A stretch of 59,273 nt of DNA, from positions 1 through 59,273 of the forward strand of contig CAZQFO010000001.1 of the NCBI GenBank assembly GCA_964592695.1, in the 5' to 3' direction. The translations under genes were made by a program, and so were the position numbers. Each line of letters opens with the position of its first letter. Position 1 is the stretch's first letter. Under the pieces are notes generated by a model that did not search any database, was not told where the DNA came from, and saw only the letters and a list, made by a program, of their open reading frames with translations. This document shows, piece after piece, positions 27,687 to 37,023 of this stretch. The DNA comes from an uncultured Candidatus Peribacteria bacterium. GTDB taxonomy: Bacteria; Patescibacteriota; Gracilibacteria; UBA4473.

Positions 27687-28328
27687 ATGAATCTTCAACA
27701 GCAAAAATTTCGATTTGAAAAAAATTGGAAAAATTTTTCCACAAAATTGGGGACAAAGAAATGGACAAAAGAACCAAACTTTTGTTATTTTGTGGAGATT
27801 CCAATCCCCTTAAATATCCAAACTGAAATTCGAGAGATATCCAATACTATTCAAGATTTAGCTCCTACGGATGAATGGATAACCCCTGCCGACTACCATA
27901 TCACCATCGCTCTTCCTGGGCGTGACGGAACACATTTTAAGGGAAATGATGTAAGCTTTATGAAAACTGAAATAGAAAAAATTCTGAACGATATCAATCC
28001 ATTTGAGATTCAATTTGGAAATTTAAACTGTTTTTCCACCGTTTTATACCGAGAAGTGTTTGATCCCACAGGACAAATATATGCCCTTCACGAAAAAATT
28101 GGCAACATTATTCCTTTTTCTCAAACACCAGCGTATCAATTTGATAATTTCGTGCCACATATATCGATGCTGTATGCAAATAATAACCAGTCCTCATTAT
28201 TCAAAAATCCTAATTTTACTCGAGAATTAAGCCTTGAAACGATGCTTGTAAAAAAAATAATACTAGGACAAGCAAAAGATGCTACGGGAGACTATAAAAG
28301 AAAAGTACTTAAAGAATTTATAATTTAG
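27687..28328 (+). CDS. 2H phosphoesterase superfamily protein (LigT/ThpR-like)
   Basis: Two HxT/S motifs, DYHITIALPG and VPHISMLYA, at the spacing expected for 2',5' RNA ligase-like proteins. Confidence 0.6.
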   Translation: MNLQQQKFRFEKNWKNFSTKLGTKKWTKEPNFCYFVEIPIPLNIQTEIREISNTIQDLAPTDEWITPADYHITIALPGRDGTHFKGNDVSFMKTEIEKILNDINPFEIQFGNLNCFSTVLYREVFDPTGQIYALHEKIGNIIPFSQTPAYQFDNFVPHISMLYANNNQSSLFKNPNFTRELSLETMLVKKIILGQAKDATGDYKRKVLKEFII

Positions 28329-28377
28329 CTTATGTTTATAACCGGTTAATGAAGAATAAAATATCTATATTTAATAC

Positions 28378-28564
28378 TTAGGAATAAAAATCAAATAAAC
28401 TAGCCAATTTCATCTCAATTTTCATGTCATCTTTGAAAGATTTTCACGCAAAAAATACTCGGAGTGGGATTGGCCACGCCTCCCATTTTTCACGCAAAAC
28501 ATCTTCCAAATCTAACATAAATCTTGAGCGAACTTGATTAGCCTATTTAATTTTTATCCCTTAA
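28378..28564. mobile_element. MITE-like element, imperfect ~28-bp terminal inverted repeats (TTAGG.. termini), related to 30031-30185
   Basis: The left arm ttaggaataaaaatcaaataaactagcc pairs with the reverse complement of the right arm, ttaagggataaaaattaaataggctaatc (about 22 of 29 columns). The interior shares ccaatt(t)catc, ca(t/c)(g/a)tcatct, aaatcta and gcgaacttga with the downstream element, in the same order and orientation. Confidence 0.45.
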
Positions 28565-28573
28565 TATAAAAAA

Positions 28574-29998
28574 ATGAAAATCACTTTTCACGGTGCCGCA
28601 GGAGGAGTTACTGGGTCAAAACACTTAATTGAAGTTAATGGAAAACGTATTCTTTTGGATTGCGGACTTTTTCAGGGGCGACGCAAAGAATCCATTGAAC
28701 AAAATATGAATATGCCATTTGATCCAAAAGAAATTGATGTACTAGTGCTAAGCCATGCTCATATCGATCACTCCGGATGCATACCGGCTTTGGTAAAAAA
28801 AGGGTTCGATGGCCCCATTTATTGTACCCATGCCACTCGAGACCTCTGCTCTATAATGCTCAGAGATTCTGCGTATATCCAGGAAAAAGATGCAGAATGG
28901 CTCAAGAAAAAATTAAAAGATCCAGAAGCCGAACCCCTCTATACGATTGAAGATGCCGATCGAGCTATTGCTCTTTTTCGATCCGTATTATATGAGCAAA
29001 AAATTCCAGTTGCACCAAATGTATCTGTTACTTTTCATGATGCCGGACACATATTAGGTGCGGCAGAGGAGGAATGGGAAATATTTGATGAAGATACCCA
29101 ACAAGATATTCGGCTGGGATTCACCGGAGACTTAGGAAGAAAAGATTTGCCGATATTAAAAGACCCAGTACAGATGCGTAATCTGGATGCACTAATAACT
29201 GAATCCACATATGGAAACAGACTTCATGACGAGATTGAAGAAGTAGAAAACTATCTAGCTGAAACCATAAATAAAACAGTGGAACGAGGAGGTAAAATAT
29301 TAATTCCAGCTTTTGCGGTGGAACGAACTCAGGAAATTATATTTGTTTTGAGGGATCTGACAATCAAAGGAAAAATACAAAAGCTTCCTATTTTTGTTGA
29401 TTCTCCATTAGCGACTAATGCAACTGAAATATTTCGATTGCACCCGGAGTGTTTTGACCAACAATTGTGTGACATGATGAATAACGATCAAGATCCATTT
29501 AGCGAAAAACACAATGTGCAGTTCACTCGAAGTGTAGATGAGTCTAAAGCGCTAAATCATTTTCCAGGATCCTGTATCATCATCTCTGCTAGTGGCATGT
29601 GCGAAGCAGGCCGTATTCGCCATCATTTAATCAATACCATCACTGACCCCCGTAACACATTTATGATTGTTGGCTTTATGGCTGCCAATACGCTTGGGCG
29701 AAAATTGGTCGAAGGCAATAGTCCTGTAAATATTTTTGGAGATCCCTATGAGGTGAATGCAGAAGTAGTGATTTTCAATGCTTTTTCTGGTCATGCTGAC
29801 CAATCCGATTTAATTCGAAACGCAAGTCATGCTGGGAATCTAAAAAGTGTCTTTTGTGTACATGGAGAACAATCTCAAGTCGATGTGTTAGCTGAAAAAA
29901 TTGAAGAACTAAACAATTGTAAAAATGCAGAAGTGTTTAAACCTCTTCAGGGTAATTCTTATACGTTGCAAAAAAATGGACGATTTCAAGCTGATTAA
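28574..29998 (+). CDS. MBL-fold / beta-CASP RNA-metabolising hydrolase (RNase J / CPSF-like)
   Basis: HGAAGGVTGS, LSHAHIDHSG, ESTYG, and a late FSGHAD and VHGE, matching beta-CASP motifs A-C. Confidence 0.85.
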   Translation: MKITFHGAAGGVTGSKHLIEVNGKRILLDCGLFQGRRKESIEQNMNMPFDPKEIDVLVLSHAHIDHSGCIPALVKKGFDGPIYCTHATRDLCSIMLRDSAYIQEKDAEWLKKKLKDPEAEPLYTIEDADRAIALFRSVLYEQKIPVAPNVSVTFHDAGHILGAAEEEWEIFDEDTQQDIRLGFTGDLGRKDLPILKDPVQMRNLDALITESTYGNRLHDEIEEVENYLAETINKTVERGGKILIPAFAVERTQEIIFVLRDLTIKGKIQKLPIFVDSPLATNATEIFRLHPECFDQQLCDMMNNDQDPFSEKHNVQFTRSVDESKALNHFPGSCIIISASGMCEAGRIRHHLINTITDPRNTFMIVGFMAANTLGRKLVEGNSPVNIFGDPYEVNAEVVIFNAFSGHADQSDLIRNASHAGNLKSVFCVHGEQSQVDVLAEKIEELNNCKNAEVFKPLQGNSYTLQKNGRFQAD

Positions 29999-30030
29999 TA
30001 CGTACCTCTTTTGGCGAGTATAGAACTGGC

Positions 30031-30185
30031 TTAGGGCTTGGGAAAAAATAACCAATTCATCATAGCTTCACATCATCTAAATTTCTAAAAAAGTCTCAAC
30101 ATATCCCGATATCTTTCGATTTTTTATAAATCTATCTGATGCAAGTCTATGCGAACTTGAAAACTTATTTTTTCCCAAGCCCTAA
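30031..30185. mobile_element. MITE-like element with perfect 21-bp terminal inverted repeats
   Basis: ttagggcttgggaaaaaataa (30031-30051) is the exact reverse complement of 30165-30185. It lies between convergent genes. Confidence 0.55.
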
Positions 30186-30214
30186 AATACGATCTCGAAC
30201 ATCACTAATTTTAT

Positions 30215-31783
30215 TCATTTATCATTTTTTCTTTTATCGATGACCGTTCGCTTTTCCTTCTTCATTTCATTCCCCCACTTATCAGCCACTCCTGAAATTT
30301 CTAAGTAATACCGCTCATTAAATTGAGGTGCCTCCTGAAAAAAACTCATAATTAATGTCCGATTATTATCCAATAATTTAAAAGTCTGCATCTGAGGATT
30401 TTCAGAAATACTTGAATTTGAAAAATCTCGATCCATCAGAGTAACTGAAAAATCATTAGTAAGCTGTGAAGTCTCATTAAAATGGACTTCAACAAAAAAC
30501 TGCTTTTCTTTTGGTTCTATTTCAAAAGGCACAACCTCAGAAGGAATTATTTCGTGCAGCGTGACAAAAGGTGGTAAAATATCTTGCTTTTCATTCCAGG
30601 TAAATGTCTTTCGAGGCAAAGTGATTTCCCCATAAAAATGTCCTACGTTTTCATGGCTTTTAAAAGTAGCATCATCAAAAACTTTTTGTGGAAATAAAGA
30701 AATATCAATATTGGCAAAAAGACGCTGTCCCCGATGTCGAAAAATAGAAATTTCGGAAAGATTGCCTTCGTACTTAAATGAAAATTGTTTTTTAAACAGT
30801 TCCCCTGGCACAATTTGCACATCATCAAAAGAGTGACTTCCTCCCAAAAACTCTGGAAACTGAAATTCAAAAACCCCTTTCCATGTCTGTGATAATGGCT
30901 CATCAATCCCTCCGATATTTTTTGCTATGAATTCAAAATCAATATTCCATTTCGAAGGCAGGACTTCTCGAGCTGATATTCTTACTTCTTTGTTTAAAAA
31001 ACGAGAAGTTTTAGCCCCTCCCAGATTCCATTCGATAACAAAAAAATCAGTTGGAGATGGTCGCATCTCAGGAGAAATACCGGATACATATAGTTCTCCT
31101 GAGTCCAGATAATCATCAAAGGAATTGGTAATTCGCCAAAGATCAATAGGACTGATGAGCAGATCCCAAATTAATCCGCCGCCCAGATCGACCAATGGCT
31201 GTTTTCTATTATCCAAGCTGGTCTCATCATGTCTATCCACATCCGCAACTGCTCTGGTCAAATAACCAAACAATTCAGATGCCTTTATTTCTTTGTCCCC
31301 GATCGAAACCGAACCGAGTTTTTTAAAAATGTCCTCAATAATTGAGAAATTTACGAATATAATTTTTTCAACTTTTTGATCTGCAATTGAATTATACGAT
31401 TTCAAAAATGATTCATGACATTGTTCCATATCCGGATGGATCCCCAAATCCCAAAACCTCATATCCGGAGTAACTTTGTCCACGGGAAACAGAGTAGATC
31501 CGAAATTTTCATCTGAAAGTGTGTAGACATTTTTGATTTCCAGATGCGGTGAAAAAGGTCGAATGGTGCCATAGGCCGTCACAAATCCTCCACAGGGACG
31601 AAGTTCTGCTTCGTTCATGAATATGATCAGCGATTTTTCGAATAAGAATCCAGAATACAAGAACTGTCTGATTGGCAACAAGGCTATCATAAAGAATATA
31701 ATGCTTCCCACGCAAACAATACCACTCCATTTTAATACGGATTTCATTGTTTGGTATTGTGCCGATTCTTTTTTTAAATGCAA
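30215..31783 (-). CDS. DUF4012-type membrane-anchored protein
   Basis: N-terminal TM segment, then IIFMNEAELRPCGGFVTAYG, matching the DUF4012 hallmark (NnaElRPtGGfigsyg). Confidence 0.7.
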   Translation of the reverse strand: MHLKKESAQYQTMKSVLKWSGIVCVGSIIFFMIALLPIRQFLYSGFLFEKSLIIFMNEAELRPCGGFVTAYGTIRPFSPHLEIKNVYTLSDENFGSTLFPVDKVTPDMRFWDLGIHPDMEQCHESFLKSYNSIADQKVEKIIFVNFSIIEDIFKKLGSVSIGDKEIKASELFGYLTRAVADVDRHDETSLDNRKQPLVDLGGGLIWDLLISPIDLWRITNSFDDYLDSGELYVSGISPEMRPSPTDFFVIEWNLGGAKTSRFLNKEVRISAREVLPSKWNIDFEFIAKNIGGIDEPLSQTWKGVFEFQFPEFLGGSHSFDDVQIVPGELFKKQFSFKYEGNLSEISIFRHRGQRLFANIDISLFPQKVFDDATFKSHENVGHFYGEITLPRKTFTWNEKQDILPPFVTLHEIIPSEVVPFEIEPKEKQFFVEVHFNETSQLTNDFSVTLMDRDFSNSSISENPQMQTFKLLDNNRTLIMSFFQEAPQFNERYYLEISGVADKWGNEMKKEKRTVIDKRKNDK

Positions 31784-31875
31784 TTAAGATGTCAATTCTT
31801 AGCTGAGAATGTTTGTTTTTTAAATTCTGTTACCGAATCATGTTTGTTGTAGATCATGAATAATTGAAGAGGAAA

Positions 31876-32592
31876 ATGATCCTCAACGTTTCTATCTTCA
31901 TATTAGAAACAAAATCTTTACAAAAAATCAAATTTGACATTTTTCCGAGAATAGTTAATACCTTTGATATGATATCACCTGACTGCATTATTGATTTTGA
32001 AAATTACCCAGATCTGGAAAAGGTGGATATTGATTTTGCGATTAATGATTTTGAATATGAAGAGTTATGTCGATTAAGTTTATTTCTCAAACTCGGAGAG
32101 AAACGACCTTTTCCAGATTACTTAGGGAAGCTTTTGCGTCAGTATTACGAATTAAGATGTCTTTCTGAAAGATTCATAAAAATGGGATATCCAACCTTTA
32201 TTGATTCTGAGGAAATACATGAATACTATTCAGCTGATTTAATTGAGGCTGAAGCAAAAAATAGAAGAACTTTAATAGATGTGGATTCAGACAGACTAAC
32301 TAACCTAGAAAGAATTTTTGAACCATATCTAAAACAAATGAGACTGTTTAATTCAAAAGTCTGTAGAACTATATCAAAATTGTATCCAGATACTTCCTCG
32401 GCTACCGAACCAGAAGCAAGTTTTCAAGCCTCCATGATCTATTCAGATTTTCAAGATATAAAACCAGAAAAACACCTTGAATCATATAGAAGACGAAAAC
32501 TTATGCACCCATTTATTCTTACTTTTTACATGGATAGACGTAATTTAATAAATCAGATAAAATCAGATGTTTCAAAGATTTTTATACTCTAA
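31876..32592 (+). CDS. Hypothetical protein
   Basis: Track ORF; the first ATG is at 31876. Confidence 0.45.
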   Translation: MILNVSIFILETKSLQKIKFDIFPRIVNTFDMISPDCIIDFENYPDLEKVDIDFAINDFEYEELCRLSLFLKLGEKRPFPDYLGKLLRQYYELRCLSERFIKMGYPTFIDSEEIHEYYSADLIEAEAKNRRTLIDVDSDRLTNLERIFEPYLKQMRLFNSKVCRTISKLYPDTSSATEPEASFQASMIYSDFQDIKPEKHLESYRRRKLMHPFILTFYMDRRNLINQIKSDVSKIFIL

Positions 32593-32594
32593 TA

Positions 32595-33074
32595 TTATCT
32601 TGAGAATCGTATTTCTACCTGATCAGCATCAAATTCCATATTATTTTTCTTATCTATTGCTGTATCTTCACACTTTTTTTTAATTCTTTTTCTTAGTTTT
32701 AATAAAAGATTTTTATTTCCGCCTTGTTCAATTCGATTATAAATAATTCTTATAGATTCCTCATATACACTGTTTAAAAAGTCTGCAGACTCGCTATGTC
32801 TCCCAGTAACTTTTAAATATCTATCTATTAAATTTATTGCATTATGAGGTTCTTTATGGATTATTTCAACGTATTTCTGTCTTAATATTTGTTTAATTTC
32901 CTTGCTAGGTTTAAATTGAAAAGCATCTTCTATTTCGTCTAAAGAGGTTCCCAAACGTCCAAAAAAATCTTTTTTAATATAATGCCTTATGATTGTCTTC
33001 GCTAGCAATTCCATCGGTCTTTTTAAAAGTATTTTTTGGATTCTTTTGTTCTGGGATTTCAGCTTTACTTCCAA
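32595..33074 (-). CDS. Hypothetical Lys-rich protein (TTG or internal ATG start)
   Basis: Track ORF that overlaps the upstream ORF by 101 nt in another frame. Confidence 0.4.
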   Translation of the reverse strand: MEVKLKSQNKRIQKILLKRPMELLAKTIIRHYIKKDFFGRLGTSLDEIEDAFQFKPSKEIKQILRQKYVEIIHKEPHNAINLIDRYLKVTGRHSESADFLNSVYEESIRIIYNRIEQGGNKNLLLKLRKRIKKKCEDTAIDKKNNMEFDADQVEIRFSR

Positions 33075-33522
33075 GATTTCGCATCATTAGTTTATTGGAT
33101 CTAATGATTCGTTTTTGAATACGTTCAATTTCTGATTTTTCTTTGTTTAATTGTGCAATATTTTCTGTCTGTTCTTTTCTAGAAAGAAATTTAAAAAACC
33201 CATCTTTTTCATCTAAAATTTTCTTATTAATTACTCTTTTTCTCTGACTCAAGGCTGCGGAATAAGTTGCAAAGTATTCTTTTGCCAACTGTGCCGTTCC
33301 CATATCTAACTTCCCTTTCCGCCCCTTTTCATTTACTAGGAAACGAATTTGTTCCATTGGCTTTTCTTGGTTGAGTATAGAATCTTTATCTAGGTTTAAT
33401 TGATTTATTTTTTCAGAAATATATTTCTTCTCCCCCTGTGGTCCAACTTTTCTAAGTACAAAATTTTTATCATCTATAGTATCATGATGCCCTACATTTT
33501 TATCATATGAAGTTTTTTCCAT
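32974..33522 (-). CDS. Hypothetical Lys/Glu-rich protein
   Basis: Track ORF. Its frame stays open about 46 codons upstream of the ATG. Confidence 0.4.
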   Translation of the reverse strand: MEKTSYDKNVGHHDTIDDKNFVLRKVGPQGEKKYISEKINQLNLDKDSILNQEKPMEQIRFLVNEKGRKGKLDMGTAQLAKEYFATYSAALSQRKRVINKKILDEKDGFFKFLSRKEQTENIAQLNKEKSEIERIQKRIIRSNKLMMRNLGSKAEIPEQKNPKNTFKKTDGIASEDNHKALY

Positions 33523-33590
33523 ATTTTCCCCCGCAATTTGTTGAATTCCCTTTGCTTTAGCTTTTTCTTGTCTCTTTTCTAGATGCTTTT

Positions 33591-33962
33591 CTAAATCTGT
33601 ACTTCTAGTTCTTTTATCAGACTCACGAATCCCTGCTTCTTGAAGTGTTTCTGCTCTTCTAGGATTTTTCTTTGGGTGACGTTTTTAACTCCGTTTTTCA
33701 ATGAATTGAAAAGAGTATTTTTGCTTACTCCTTTATCCTCTGTCCATGATTTTGCTTCCTTTTTAATAGCTTCTAATAACGATTCTTTTTCAATATGTTG
33801 TAATGCTTGATCAGTTTTTGATTGTACTTTCCTCAAATCTTTTTCAGGCACAGATTCAGCCATTCGTTTTCCCTTTTCATGAGTTTTAAACGATTTTATT
33901 CTATCTTGCACAGATTTTTCTGCTTCTGATAGTTGTGGTTTATTCCTATTCTCTAGCGACAT
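33591..33962 (-). CDS. Hypothetical Lys/Glu-rich protein
   Basis: Track ORF. Confidence 0.45.
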   Translation of the reverse strand: MSLENRNKPQLSEAEKSVQDRIKSFKTHEKGKRMAESVPEKDLRKVQSKTDQALQHIEKESLLEAIKKEAKSWTEDKGVSKNTLFNSLKNGVKNVTQRKILEEQKHFKKQGFVSLIKELEVQI

Positions 33963-33976
33963 GTTTTTTTGAATAT

Positions 33977-34207
33977 TTATGATTCTTTATCTGTATCAGT
34001 GGTAATGTTTATTTCATCATTCATGGATATATCTTTGTTTTCAAACACATCAAACATCCATGCCAAAATTACCAATATGATCGAAATCACGACCATAAAT
34101 ATGATTTTTGGAGTATTTTTTGATGCGGAGTCCTGCTGAGCCACTTTTTTCGAATCAATAACTATTTCTTTTTCTGCTGCTTCCAGCTTAGTTAATTCTC
34201 TTTCCAA
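33977..34207 (-). CDS. Small protein with one TM helix (TTG start, or fused to the upstream ORF)
   Basis: KIIFMVVISIILVILAWMF is hydrophobic. There is no ATG before the TM segment. Confidence 0.35.
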   Translation of the reverse strand: MERELTKLEAAEKEIVIDSKKVAQQDSASKNTPKIIFMVVISIILVILAWMFDVFENKDISMNDEINITTDTDKES

Positions 34208-34473
34208 TCGAGCTTCCGCTTCGATAATTTCTTTTTGATGTTCTGTTCAACCTCATTGGTCATCAGCTCTTCATGATTCTTTGTCCTTTCTTCAGATTGA
34301 ATTCGTACAGTTTGAGTTGTGATGAACTCTTCCTCTTGCTTTAGGAGTTCTTTGATCATTTTTTTCCGTGTTTCTGGACTATGTTTATCTGATCGATCTG
34401 TATAATAATCTTTTCGATCCTGTGTCAGTAGCGCCGTTGCCTGTATATGTTTGCCAAATTCTTTTGTGGTCAT
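34192..34473 (-). CDS. Hypothetical Lys/Glu-rich protein
   Basis: The plausible start is MTTKEFGKHIQ (ATG at 34473). The track N-terminal extension looks non-native. Confidence 0.4.
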   Translation of the reverse strand: MTTKEFGKHIQATALLTQDRKDYYTDRSDKHSPETRKKMIKELLKQEEEFITTQTVRIQSEERTKNHEELMTNEVEQNIKKKLSKRKLDWKEN

Positions 34474-34613
34474 TTTTTTTGATACGAAAAATCTCCTAAT
34501 TGTACCACAAAAATACACAGAAAGCAAAAACAAAACCGGACCAATTTGACATCCATAGATCAATCATGGCTCGCCTATCCACTGAAGCTTGTTAATACTA
34601 AAGCGTAGGCTGA

Positions 34614-35186
34614 TTATTCATTACCTCTCTCCCGCAACACATACTTTCCCAAAATATCAAACTCAATATTAACTAAGTCACCTTTTTGCTTTGTGCCCAA
34701 CGTAGTGTGTGTAAGTGTATGGGTAATAATGGAAATCTCAAAACAATTTTTTCCTAGACCAGAGACGGTCAATGATATCCCATCTACGGCAATCGAGCCT
34801 TTTTCTACTAGATATTTTTGGTTTTCTGGAAAAATAGATATCTGATAAAGCTCATAATCTCCGATTTTCTTTCTTTCAATAATTTCGCCCACCTGATCTA
34901 TGTGCCCCAAAACAAAGTGTCCTGAGTTTCTGGCTCCAATCTGTGCGGGACGTTCTAGGTTTATTTGCTGTGATTCTTTTGCTGATCCAAATAGAGTTCT
35001 ACTTCGTGAAACCTCCATGATCTCTACTGAAAATTCATTATCAGAAAACCCAATAACTGTTGCACACATCCCACTTAATCCAATCGATTCTCCAATACTA
35101 AATGGCTCGGTAAACTGGTGGGTAATCGTAAAAATGTTTCCATCAATTTTTTTTATGCAGCCAATTTCTTCGATAATCCCTGTAAA
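34614..35186 (-). CDS. ribE: Riboflavin synthase (alpha chain)
   Basis: MFTGIIEEIGCIKKI...GESIGLSGMCATV...GHFVLGHIDQVG...GSIAVDGISLTV..., the duplicated lumazine-binding repeats. Confidence 0.9.
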   Translation of the reverse strand, partial: FTGIIEEIGCIKKIDGNIFTITHQFTEPFSIGESIGLSGMCATVIGFSDNEFSVEIMEVSRSRTLFGSAKESQQINLERPAQIGARNSGHFVLGHIDQVGEIIERKKIGDYELYQISIFPENQKYLVEKGSIAVDGISLTVSGLGKNCFEISIITHTLTHTTLGTKQKGDLVNIEFDILGKYVLRERGNE

Positions 35187-35239
35187 CATGAAGCTAATGT
35201 AAGAAGTACAAATCAAAAGTCAAAAAAATGTTGAATTGA

Positions 35240-36151
35240 TTACGCCGTTCTTGTGATCTTTTTAAACACTTCTCCCAGAGTTCCCCAAAAGCTAATCTCT
35301 GTACTTTTTTCTCCAAAAACACGAAAAGAATCAAAGATCCTTTTGGTGGTAAAAATATAGTTTGATGATAAATGTATTGGAGAAATAGTCTCAATCATAA
35401 ATACTTGGTCATTTACGTCCTTTACGTAGTATCGACTCACATAAACGTCTTTTTTTCCGTCCAATGTCGCTTCAAATCCTTCTGTGTAAGTGGGACGTTT
35501 TTTATTGGAATTTAATATTGTACGCATTTTTCGAGACTGTCTCTCGATTTTTCCCGAAGCATATATGTTTCGAGAACTATTTTCTGATTTTGAAATAGTT
35601 ATAGCACAAGATGTAAAACCTTCTCCATAGCAATTATTACGGATCCGCCTTATTTCAACAGTATAGTTTGAAAAAGGGGAAGCAAATAAATGTCCCTTTT
35701 CTTCTCCATGTGATTTCCATCCAGATGGTATCTGCACAGAAAAACTATCATTTTCATAAGTCTGCATAAGATTTCCTCCACCTACGACTTTTTTATCTCT
35801 GGAAACTAATTTTAATTTCGCTTTCCAATCAGACGCTCTCTCCTTTGGTACTTTTGAGTCGTTAAAGGTGGAGTTTTCTAAGGCTTGTCGAATGTCTTCA
35901 GCAACTGCTACTCTCTTCTGAATTTTTTTATGAGGAACATTCCGTACTATATTTTTCTTTCTTCCAAATGCCCTATACCGCTGAGAAAAAGTTCGAACTT
36001 TTCTTATAGAGCCATGATTACTATGCCCTCGAATAGTTCCCTTTGAACTAAAAACATAAAAATGGTATTTTTGTGGAGAGGCTTCTACCACAAAACCGAA
36101 AGATGTAGAAAACATTAAGATTCCAAGAAGCAAAAATGCAGTTTTTTTCAT
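35240..36151 (-). CDS. Secreted basic protein, tandem paralog A
   Basis: Signal peptide MKKTAFLLLGILMFSTSFGFVVEASPQKYHFYVFSSKG. Shares the N-terminal block and a C..GC pair with the upstream gene. Confidence 0.6.
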   Translation of the reverse strand: MKKTAFLLLGILMFSTSFGFVVEASPQKYHFYVFSSKGTIRGHSNHGSIRKVRTFSQRYRAFGRKKNIVRNVPHKKIQKRVAVAEDIRQALENSTFNDSKVPKERASDWKAKLKLVSRDKKVVGGGNLMQTYENDSFSVQIPSGWKSHGEEKGHLFASPFSNYTVEIRRIRNNCYGEGFTSCAITISKSENSSRNIYASGKIERQSRKMRTILNSNKKRPTYTEGFEATLDGKKDVYVSRYYVKDVNDQVFMIETISPIHLSSNYIFTTKRIFDSFRVFGEKSTEISFWGTLGEVFKKITRTA

Positions 36152-36218
36152 GATTATAAAGAAGTGTTAAATAGTAAATTACAAATTAGAAATTTTTTGT
36201 TTGTGTTAGATAAGGCAC

Positions 36219-36995
36219 TTAAAACCGAAAACTTCGAAATACTCCAAACATAGTCTGTGCAGCACTTTTGCTAGCTCTTTCGCTTGACACTGCTTCAATT
36301 CGAATGATCGATCCATCCTCTGCATCTACGGTATTAAACGCAAAATAAACATTTTTTGCTCCAAAATGAGTCCCCCTAAAGGATTCCGTAAAAATCGGCG
36401 CCTTCTGCGTGCTGCCAATTCTTGTTCGGTCTTTGTAGGAACGACGAACATATTTCGACGTATGAGTTAAATCTTGTTCGTTTCTAAAGAGATTCCCAAG
36501 AGCTGTTGCACACCCAGCAAAACTCTGTTGCTCGCATTCAAATTTCTCTGGACTCCGAACTACTCGAAAGGACAAAGAACTTCCTTTTTTTCGGTAAATC
36601 CCATCGGCTCCGAGTCTGTATCGAGATGGAACATGAATAGTATAATCCGACTTATCCATAACACGAAACTGCTTAGTTTCTGTAAAAAAAGCTGGTTTCA
36701 CTGTCCTGCTTCTATAGATACGCAATGGTCGTTCTTTTGTAAAAGATGCTGTGCTGTATCCACGAGAAGAACGACTAAATGAATATTTCCGCTGGCTTAC
36801 AGGAGTCATTTTTTGGGTGCGAGGTTTTTGGTAACGATACGGCCCCATGCGACTAGAAAAACGACGTTCTTTTCCCTGCATGCCTTTCCCGGCAAACACA
36901 AGTGAGTGATACACCTGAGGAGACGCCCCTACCACAAAGGCAATTGCAGAGCTAAAAAAGCATAATCCGATACCGAGAGCTATAAAATTTCGCAT
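36219..36995 (-). CDS. Secreted basic protein, tandem paralog B
   Basis: MRNFIALGIGLCFFSSAIAFVVGASPQVYHSLVFAGKG..CEQQSFAGCATALG. Confidence 0.6.
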   Translation of the reverse strand: MRNFIALGIGLCFFSSAIAFVVGASPQVYHSLVFAGKGMQGKERRFSSRMGPYRYQKPRTQKMTPVSQRKYSFSRSSRGYSTASFTKERPLRIYRSRTVKPAFFTETKQFRVMDKSDYTIHVPSRYRLGADGIYRKKGSSLSFRVVRSPEKFECEQQSFAGCATALGNLFRNEQDLTHTSKYVRRSYKDRTRIGSTQKAPIFTESFRGTHFGAKNVYFAFNTVDAEDGSIIRIEAVSSERASKSAAQTMFGVFRSFRF

Positions 36996-37023
36996 AAGAA
37001 ATAGATAACAAAAACAAAAAAAT

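Noticed and set aside
35194-35394. 66-aa minus-strand ORF overlapping the 3' end of 35240..36151 and the ribE start
   Set aside because: It is out of frame with two better-supported genes and has a low-complexity translation.
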